From: Octopus sinensis
Taxonomy: Eukaryota
Assembly: GCF_006345805.1 (NCBI RefSeq)
Contig: NC_042998.1
Span: 172,236,001 to 172,300,000, forward strand
DNA length: 64,000 bases
Reading direction: 5' to 3'
The notes below the pieces were generated by a model. The model was given only the letters and a program-made list of their open reading frames with translations. It did no database searches and had not been told where the DNA came from. Positions 50,001 through 60,917 of this stretch are shown here, in pieces (the stretch's first letter is position 1; every line of letters begins with the position of its first letter). The translations under genes were made by a program, and so were the position numbers.

Positions 50001-53000
50001 TTATCACTTCCATTATAGCTTTGGAAAAATAACTTATCAAAATCGAACTGCACTCTTCAAAACTTGCACTTAGAATAAGGACAATGTAAAATTACCATCC
50101 TCTAACACCAAGTTGATGCAGACTTTAAGTTCATGCAATTAAAAAAAACTGCATTATTCATGGGATGACCAAATATAAAGGCTAGTGATTTTACTGGATA
50201 TGTAATAGTATAAATAGTTTAAAATTTCTGAATTAAAATATCTTATGTCCACTAATTTTCAAATATTTTCAAAGGGCACCACCAGTTATATTGAATCAGT
50301 TAGTTGTGATTTAGGCTTTTTCATTGAAAAGCATTAATTGCTCTGAAGATAGATTGTTGTGTTTTAACTGATCTGATTATCTGTAGCTTATATTGTAAAG
50401 ACTGCTTTTAGTATCACTTTATCACATATATTTTCCATTTTTATAGATATCTTATCAGCACCTGTGCCAATATAGCTGCTGTTAACAATGATGGCGATCT
50501 TCCTCTTGATATATGTGAAGACGCCAAAATGGAAAAGTTGCTTCAAGAAGAAATGAATCGCCAAGGTGAGTTTACATTTTTGATGTATGAGTACAGGAAT
50601 TTTTTGTATATGTATTTAAACTTTTTACCACTCCCTTCTGGAAGTAAAACATTAGATTTTTCTTTTTTTCTAGTGTATGTAAATGTGTATATATATATAA
50701 TATATATATGTATGTATGTGTGTGTGTGTGTGTGTGTGGTGTGTGTGTGTGTGTGTGTGTATGTTTCATCATTGCTTAATGTCTGTTTCCCATGCTGGCA
50801 TAGGTTGGGCAGTTTGACTGAGGTCTAGAGAGCCAGTGGCTGCACCAGGCCCCAATCTGGTCTGGCAATGTTTCTACAGCTGGATGCCCTTCCTAACGCC
50901 AACTACTCCAAGTGTGTAGTGGGTGCTTTTTACATGCCACTGGCACAGCAGCCAGTCAGACAGGCCTGGCATCAATCATGTTCGGATAGTGCTTTCTACG
51001 TGCCACTGGTATGGGAGCCAGTCAGGTGGTTCTGGCATCAGCCACATTTAGATGATGCATTTTACATGCCACCAGACTGGGTGCCAGTCAGGGGTCACTG
51101 GCCACAGCTATGATTTTAGGTTTACTTAACAGGTATTCTCAAGCATATCATATCACCTGATGTATCATATATGTATATGAATGGGCACCTCCGTCAACTA
51201 TTCTGCGTATATGTCTGTGCACACCCGTCAATGCAATGTATGTCAGAAGAATTGCAAATCTGACAGACATTTTAAGATTCACAAAGATCAGAACTTATCT
51301 GCAGCTCTTGTTGCTCCAAATCACAAATGCAATCTATGTGGGTGTCTTTCGAAAACATTGTCTGGTTTAAGACACCACATCAGATGCCATGATGGTTTTA
51401 ACGTCTAGGTGCAGGAGGTGGTCAAACTTTGCAGAAGCTATAGACAACTATCATATATACATGTGTATGTGTATATATGTGTGCGCATGTGCATATCTAT
51501 GTATATATGTATATACGTATATGTATGTGCGTGCGTGCGTGCATGCATGCATGTGTGTGTGTGTATCTGTATGTATGTATGTATATATATGTCTATGTAT
51601 ATGTCTGTATATATGTATGTGTGCATATGTATGTCTATGTATATGTGTGTATGTGTATATTGCAGTATGTGTGCGTATAATGACTAATGCATACATTTCC
51701 ATAATTTTTAACTGATTTTCACCAAAGTCTATGCACAGATTACTTATGTCCCAAGGATGGTCATGCACTATAATATTTATCCAGTGCTCCTGTGTAAATG
51801 GGTATAGTTTTCTTGTCTGTAGGGTCTCCTTTACTTTTTTAATCTGCTTTATAAAAGTGGAAGGATTTTGTCTATTTCAACATTTATTAAATTAACAATG
51901 TACGCGATAATATCCAATACCAAACAATCTTAACCTCCATATTTAAACTGCATTAAACTGGCAAGCATATCTTTACCTATTCTCAGTTACTTGAAAGGTG
52001 ATGTTCCCCTTCTATTTGTTGATACCTTTGTTTACCTACCAATGTGTTGTTTCACTTTGAGGATGCTTATTTACTCATCCATTATATCTCAAATGTTATC
52101 CTTTGTTCAAATACGTTTTAGCATTGTCGTTCTAGCCTTCTTTAAACACTCACATATGATTTGTCTGAAAGAATCTACATTTAAATAAGAGTTTTGGTCG
52201 GAGTTATGATGTAAGCACATGCTAAAATCCCCTCATAACATTTTTATTTTTGCAAATTCTTGCAAAATTTTTCCGATTCTATCTTCTGCATAATGGAATT
52301 AATGTGATTATGCAAAATAAAAAAAAATTTTTTTTAATCAACCCAAACCAACTTCTTCCTTAATTTGTGATTTTAAAATACAGACAGTGCAAGTCTACTA
52401 CTTGTTTCTCTTTATGATTTCCAAATAACTTTTTAATACTTTTATGGAAAAAAGGCAATTGTCTTCACACTTTTTATGGGAAAAAGTCAAGTCTTCACAC
52501 CTTTTCACACAATTCTGGACTTTACATGTGAAATGTCAGTGACATGCATGTCCATCAACAATATTAGCAAACATATAGTCCAAGTAGACAAATCCCTTCT
52601 TTTTAAGAGGTAGTAAAATGAAGTTAAAGAGTGGTGAAGAAGTTTCGGATACTTGTAATCATTGTAACCGACGGTGTGTCAATTTTGTATGTGTGTATGT
52701 GTGTGTATAAAGATATAATTAAAACCATATGTATACACATATGGAGAGACACATCCATACATACGCAGTACATAGTCACTTGCCCCCAAACACACTCAGG
52801 CATGCACACACAAGGAGACAGAGGTACATACACATGTAAACACACAAACACATGAATATGCAGAATACATGCATACAAGCGTACACACACATGCACATAC
52901 ATATATATATGTGCACACATCCATACATGCCTAAATTTACATATAAATACACGTTATGTTTGTATTTACAATGGTGGGTTTGAAAGTATGGTCCATGTTT

Positions 53001-55670
53001 CAGAGGTGAAAGTTTATATGTAGGATGTCAGTTGGTACTAAAGAGAGTATGGCACCAGGTGGCAACCAAAGTATGGTGTTCATGTTAGTTATTTTTTTGA
53101 TCAACAAGTCCCTGAATCCTTGTGTGCAGTGGTTAGGGTCAGTCCTGCAACATAATTGGTCAGCTATTTTTTTTTTAAACTATGACACGGTTCCGGTTCG
53201 TTGATGGTTAACACGGAAACAAATCAGATAAATAAATAAGTAAATAAATTAAAGAATAAATGGATCAATAAACAATGGACAAGTAGGAGAGTAAATTAGA
53301 TTAAATTAAATTAAATTTAGACAAGTAAATAAATATGTGAGTACGATATTACTAAAGCAATATGACTAAGGGGATATGATCTAAGGGACAACATAAGAAA
53401 AAATAAATTATTGCAAACGTATAAAAATAAAAATATAAAATATCTATCTAGCAGGGGAATCAGCTATATTGTTAAACATAATATTGAAGGTCAGAGGATT
53501 CATTTTTGTCGGAAAACATAATGAGGATTATCTGACAAGGAACAACAAATGGAACAGATCGATTGCTTTCAAACCCACCACTGGGTTTGAAAGTTACTTT
53601 ATTTATGTATTTTTATTTTTGGATGCAGTTGAGGATATCTGCACATACAACAGCAGCACAGTCCTAGATGTTGGAGCGGTACTACTCTTGTGGTTTCATC
53701 TGAGCTTTGTTGTGGGTTAATAGTTGTTGGGAGCTGAAAAAGATGGCTGCTTTTTTTTTTTATGTAGTTAGTCTTTGCTATCATTTAGCAATAAATATTT
53801 TTATTATATTAAAAATACTTTAATATTGGTGTGATTGGAAAAGTTTTTAAGTACTTAACTCAAGATATTTATTTTTAAAGAAAACAGTTCAAATTGTTTG
53901 ATGTTAATTTAAAAGGGTTTTTAAAACACCTGTTAGAAAATTTTTTTTATGTTCTGGAATTCAATCATTTGTTTTATTGAATTTGTTTGAAAGAAAGAAC
54001 AAAGAGTAGGGAAGTTGAAAGAGCCAATCTCATGGTTAATGTAGTGAAAGAATTTCTAAGATAAGGATAAGGCCTCGATTTTGTAGGGACAGAAAATGAA
54101 ATTGAGTTTAGTTTTTTCTTTCTAGAAGGCAACTAGAATAGAATATAGGAATAGAAACTGAGTTACTGACTAGCAAATGTTATATTAAATATTTTCTGTT
54201 TTATAGTTTCGCTCCTATTTCATGATCAACATATTTGTAGCAGGAACACACACCTGCAATAACAAACATCATCCAACCAATGACAGCATGGAAAAAAAGG
54301 TGTAAAATAGTAAAAGTGTTTGTCACTCAACTTGGGTCACCTGCTAATCTTTGTCATTTGAACTTTTATGGTGATATGATTCTCGTGAAACCTACCTTTT
54401 GTAAATACAACCTTTGTAAAATATATGTAATGGTCAACCTTATTCCAGAAGACCTGTCCTTCACAGCAGAAGTGTTAAGGCAGCGTCTCCTGCTGAAGAG
54501 GATTGGCCTGCGAGAGTCCTGTGTCAGTGCCATGTCCAAAGCACTCATGCTGGTGCCACGTAAAAGCAGTTGTGTCACCGGCATGTTAGAAGTGCCAAGC
54601 ACACTCTAAAGTGGTTGGCGTTAGGAAGGGCATCCAACTATAGAAACCAAGTCAGATCAGACTGGAACCCGGTGTTGCTTCCCAGCTCTGGTCAAACCCT
54701 CCAATCTTTGCCAGCATGGAAAACCTATGTTAAAGGAGGAGGAGGATGATGATTTTGATGCACATAGGCCTTTGAAATTTCAATGTCCCTTTGACATACT
54801 CCTCTATCAGATTCTATTATTTCATGCCAGCATTCTCTTCAGAATGAAAAATACCAAATCAATGACTTGATTTTTAAGAATTTACCTCTACAATACAATT
54901 ATATACATTTTTGTAAGTCTTTCTAAATAAATTTTGATTAATTATTTTCATTTATTTAATTTAAGGTGTGGATGCTGAAGCAGCACGACGAGAAGAGGAA
55001 GAAATGATGCTTTCTGATGCTAACCAATGGTTAAATTCCAATTGTGTGACAGAGCGGCCTCATGCAAAAACAGGTGCTGTTGCTCTTCATGTAGCAGCAG
55101 CAAAGGGCTATATCAAAGTTATGCAGTAAGTTCATACTTCTTAATGACTACTTGATAATTGGCTAGTAGTTTTGGTGTACCTTCTAAGTAATTAGATCAA
55201 TATATTTGTGAAAATCTAAGCCAAAATTGATGTATTATATTTATACTTGCCAGTCAATCTGACAGTCTTCTTTTGAACATCATCTAGCCTTGTGTTTGTA
55301 GCAGCAATATGAGCCTAGATATGGGAATAGTACACCACTGTGTATTCTGAGCGTTTGTAGAAAGGTTCAGTTGCTAATCATGGCTGGTGTATTTTTTAAC
55401 TCTGTAGAGCAGTGGTTCCCAACATTTTCACTACCAAGGACACCATTTATTTAAATAAGTTTTTCCACGGAATCCCTTTTAATATTCTTATGTGTATGTA
55501 TGTGTGTATATATATTTTATATCACTGGCGGTGTCCCAGCATTGCCACAGCCTCAAGGCTGAAACTAATAAAAGTTTATATATATATATATATTTATTTA
55601 ATGTAGGATAAAATTCTTTTCGAAAAAACATTTTATCAATGGCCAGCATATTAAAAAATACCTTTAAAGG

Positions 55671-55763
<93 letters not shown>

Positions 55764-58700
55764 TACACACACACACACATACAGAAAGGGAGAGAGCAAT
55801 AAGAAAATAGAGGGGATCATTAGGTGGTATTCATCAACTTTTAGACATTATATTTATTTACTAAAAGGGCAATTATAACAACATACATACATGTATAACA
55901 TATTATGCTTTACATATATGATATATAAAATATAAAAATATCAGTAATTATTAAAATATATAACATAGAGCAATAGAAATTGGGATAATATCTTACAGCT
56001 GTTTCAGCCAAAAGGCAATATTACCTCATTCTACTTTTATCCCTCCAGTGGACTGAAGTAATTAGTAGATGAAATTGAGGTGCTTGGGTGTTTCTCTAGG
56101 CTTCGTCAGAGATTTTAGAAAGTACATAAGGTTGTTATATAAATACACACATATATACATACTTTGACATATACATATAACTATACCTACATATTACCAA
56201 ATTGTAGTCATTATCGCTAAAAATATGTTCAAAATCTATTATCTCTGACAAATTGCCTCAAATTATGTTCAAAATCTGTTATATCTGACAAATTGCTTCA
56301 TGTAGGTATGGGTCTCAAGGAGTAGTGTCCCTGCTTCCTGAGCTAGTTTTCTACAACATTTCTTAAAAATCATGGTAGAGGCCTTGGTCTCAGTACCACT
56401 CATGTCTAGAAACTGAGGTTGGGGGTAAGCAAGGGCATGCTCCCTGAGAAAATCCAGCTCTAAAAAAGCCTCATGATAGCAAGGGAGAATGGGCACCAGC
56501 TAGCCCAAAGGTTGGGGTGGGCTGCACTTGTGTGCTTCAGTTGCTGTGGCATTGAGGTTGATCTGGCCACCCCAGTTAACAGAGGCAAAACTCAGATTTA
56601 AAACACTGGATGATGGTGTTATATCAAGTTTTGAATTTAGTTTATGGACCCTCCCCCCTCCCAGTACTACTTTTGCAAACCACCTGGTGTCTATGAACCT
56701 CAGGTTGGGGACCATTGCTGTAGAGGAATGTAGTTTTGACAGTGCTTGTATCTTTTTAATGGGCTAGTCACTAAAGGTGGGGCAATGCCCATAGCTTTTA
56801 CAAGATTTCTTAGATTAATAAGATCCATGTGATTCTGTTTGAATATCTGAAGAGTGATGTCTGCAGGAAAAGTGGGAGCGAGTGGATTTCAGAAAATTAT
56901 AGTTCTGAAGAAGAGGAATTAAGACTGGGTAGGTGATATATATATATACAGCAGAGCTGATAAAAGAGATTAGTAGGGATGGGTATATCAAGTATGCTGC
57001 TATTTAGTTCAAAGGAGCAGATACCGTTGGTGAGTAAAAATTTCCTGTCGGTCTGATGGACTTCTTTTTGACATGGTCTAAGTTTGTGTGTGCATCAGTA
57101 GTACTCCATTGTGTGCCGTAACTTTCAAAGTGAGGTTTGCCAGCTGATCTTGGCTATGTTTTTTGGATCTGAATAGGACACAGCTTTTGCATTGCTATAT
57201 ATGTGAAGTAGAGATTTTAAAACCTGGCAACTGATGGATTTTAAAGTTTAAGTTATCAGTTGTCAATGTGAGACATAAGGCTGTCTCCTTTAGTGTGTCT
57301 TTGTGCCGTGGAGACTGGATTGTTATGTCTTCAGTAAAGTTTTCGTTTTAAAAGTCTCTGCTCATGGAGACACCTAAATTGAAATTTGGAAGTAGAAAAC
57401 AGTGATATTGCCCGCATAGGAATGATGTCAGAAGTGAAAATAAGTTGTTATTGTGCAGAATTAAGAGTGTAGGAGACCCAAATTAAACTTAGGGGCACAT
57501 AAGAGTTGGTAGTGTACGAGTTGGAAAGAGCTCTGTTATTATGAGCTGTAATAGTAGAGTCTGGCAAGAAGCTTCCAGTTCAAGTTTGGATACTGTCCAT
57601 ATTTGTGCAGCTTGGTTAGAAGTTTCTCTTACTTGATAGCTTCAGGTACTGCTGATGTCATATGCACTGACCTTGCTTTTACTGGAGTTATCAAGAGTAA
57701 GTGATATAAAAAGAGTAGGTGCCCAGTAGATAATGTCTGTGTGGAAGCTGTAATGATCAATAAGCAAGAAAAGATTTTTAGAAGGATGAAAGAAGTAATT
57801 GGTAATTTCAGTATTTTGGAAATGAAGTGAGGGTAGTAGGACTAGTTCCCAGGTTCAAAGAACGGCTTTTCTTAGAGATGAAGCACACTAGAGCTCTTTT
57901 CATGAGAAAGGAATTAATTTCTACAGTGAGAAATTTTGAAGAGGTTGGCAAAAAATAGTGGCTACTTCTGGAGTATCTTGTTTAAATTCAAAGGTAATGG
58001 AAGAGACATTACTAGAACCAGTTACTACACTAAGTTGCAAAGATTGGAGGTATTTTTACCTTTGATGACTGAGTGTATCTAGTGACAAGGCTGACAGAGG
58101 AATACTTTGGAGGAGTTTTACTGCACGTATTGTGAAATTGGAAGTAAAATGGATAGTGAATATAGAGGCCTTCACAGAAGGCCTCTATATTAGTTGCTTA
58201 CAGAACTATGTTATAAGCAGAACTATAAGTTATAAGCATTATAGTTGAGGAATGGTAGTTAAGAGAATTACTCAGTTGGTTGAGACCTTACTGAGGAACA
58301 TGTCCTGACATTAATTTAGAAGAACATTTAGCAGAACATTGTTGTGATGTTCTGAAGCTTTTTATTTTTTGATGCAGTTCTTTTTTTTTCTTTTGATAAT
58401 CTACATGATTATTTTTTAATTGTAGTTTATTAATCCAAGCAAAAGCTAATGTAAATATCAAAGACTCAGATGGTTGGACTCCTCTTCATGCAGCAGCTCA
58501 CTGGGGCCAGGATAGAGCTTGCAAAATATTAGCTGAAAATTTCTGTGATATGGACTCAAAAAACAATGCAGTAAGCACTTTTATCTGGTTTACAGACCTT
58601 CTTTTTATTGTTTCCTTATTCTCTTACTTCACCTCATTCTGATACACGTTATTGCAGAGTTATAGCTTCTAGTCCCTTATCCTTTCTGTGAACCACCATT

Positions 58701-59515
58701 GTTTGAACCGTTTGTAAAGAATTATTTCTTAACATATTGAACTTACTCATGCACTTTTCTCTCTCTGATTGCAATACAATATATGATGATGAAAAAAGTC
58801 ATAAAATTTCCTATTTTAATTTTTTATCAGTATTTATTTCATTGGCTTACTAATGGCTGTTGTTTACTTCAAATCTTTCCACACTTGTTTTACTGTAATT
58901 TTAAAAATCAATGTGTGTGTGTGTTTGTGTAAAATAAGAGAAATAGATTGCATTAAAGATGAGTAAAAATAAGAGAGAATTAGTGATACATGGCACTAAA
59001 GGTAGATGATGGAGTGTGTGTGTGTGTGTGTGAGATACTTGTGAGTAATGAGTGACCTGAATGAGAGGGGCTGATTGCCAGTACATAAGGTATAGAAAGG
59101 TAGTGAGTATTGAACACAGATTTCAGTTGTCATTATATAAGCAGCATAGTACAGGAAATAAGAGTGAAATGAGAGTGGGGTGGCAGTATATGAAGACTTA
59201 AGAGGATCAGTGGGCAGGAGATTCAAATGTAGGTGTCTTATTCATCCTACCTTCCACCACCACACATATAAATGAGCATGTGTATATCACTGAAAGGCTC
59301 TGAAATGGTGTGTACTTTAGGAAAAGGGATTTGATTTTCAAAATCTGCCTCCCAAAGAGAACGTTTATGGTTAAGAGTAATCAAGAATTTCAATTTGATA
59401 CTAGAAATAACTCACCTTTCAGATTGCCAGATCGACTTCTCTCTATCTGTTCTATCTTTCTCTTTCTGTCTTTTATGCTTTCCCCCTCTCTCTATATATT
59501 TACCACACTCTCTCA

Positions 59516-59553
<38 letters not shown>

Positions 59554-60558
59554 TGCATGCAGCCCCCTCCCCCTCTCTTGATATGACTTGTAATTGCTTT
59601 CATTTTGTTTAAAACTTTATCATAATGTTTTGCTTTCATTTTCTGATAGCTATCAAGCAGAAAATGCCAGCTTCTAAATCTTGTTTTCAGATTGGGTAAA
59701 AATGATCAAACTTTAAACATCTATAACATGTTTCTGGAACAAATGAATCACCAAATCAGATTCAGTGTATAAAATTACATCTATATACCAAATTTGAAAA
59801 TATTCACTTAATTTTAAAATTTCCAAATCTGACAGCAACAGATCTGTCTTTTATGCTTTTCTCATTGTAAACTTCCCTTTCTATATATATTTACCACACT
59901 CTCTCTTCCTCTCTCATATATATTGCTCACACTGTGTGTGTGAGTATGTCAGTTACTCAGTGCATGTATGCATCTGTTTAAGGAATTTCATAAGGGCTAA
60001 TGCTGAAAGACCCTTACAAGGCATTGGCAGCAAGTTTAGGAGACACCCAAGCATAGGATGCATAAATTAGATGAGTGCTCAAGAGCCTCTGTTGCACACT
60101 CAGGTGATGTTTCATCTCAGTCATATGATTTCAATTTCCTGTTAGTCTTGGTTGTGTAATGACCATCGACATATCACAAGAGGAAAGTTTGTAGAAAAGG
60201 CAGAGACAGAGAGAGGATCCAAAATGTCTTAAATAATTTTAGCTGGTGTGTGTGTGTTTGTTTGTTTGTTTGTTTTACATTATTTGCATATAAATTGTTT
60301 GATTATTTAAGATCTGTTTTACTTTGTCTCTCATAAAATTTGATATTTGTTTTCATTATTTCAGGGGCAAACTGCCTTTGATGTTGCTGATACTGAACTT
60401 CTTTCTTTACTTGAAGAACTCAAAAAGAAACAAGCTATGGTAATACAATATCTCTTACTATCACTAGGAATTCCCTTACTCTCTATAACCATCTGGAAAT
60501 CTATTTGCTGAACAGTGTGCATATTCCTTTGCTCTCTAAAATTGTGTGTGTGTGTGTG

Positions 60559-60607
<49 letters not shown>

Positions 60608-60871
60608 TCATGTATGTGTTGTCTTCGTGTAACCCCATTGTCTGTATATACATATCCTGTTGTAGGCATTGTGGTTTATTGCTTGCAGCCAGGATAGTTT
60701 CCGTACATGTACTTCTTTCTAGATAACATTTGCAATGTTTTCTTATGATTGAGTCATCCAAAATGTCTCTGCTCAACCTACTCACATTTATACTGTGGGA
60801 GTTCAACATTGTTTTATTAAACAAATGGAAGACATTTAATGAATATAATTATCCTGTGTGTGAGTGAGTGA

Positions 60872-60917
<46 letters not shown>

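Noticed and set aside
16139-50446. Duplicated or mutually exclusive ankyrin exon in the 34-kb intron
   Set aside because: No additional TPLH/ALH-type ankyrin coding segment found by eye; a translated HMM search would be needed to exclude it fully.
51389-51768. Several 60-108 aa ORFs rich in Y/I/C/V/M/H/T (also at 37408, 50529, 52624, 59310, 60361-60824 and 63704)
   Set aside because: Translations of (TA)n/(CA)n/(TATG)n microsatellites.
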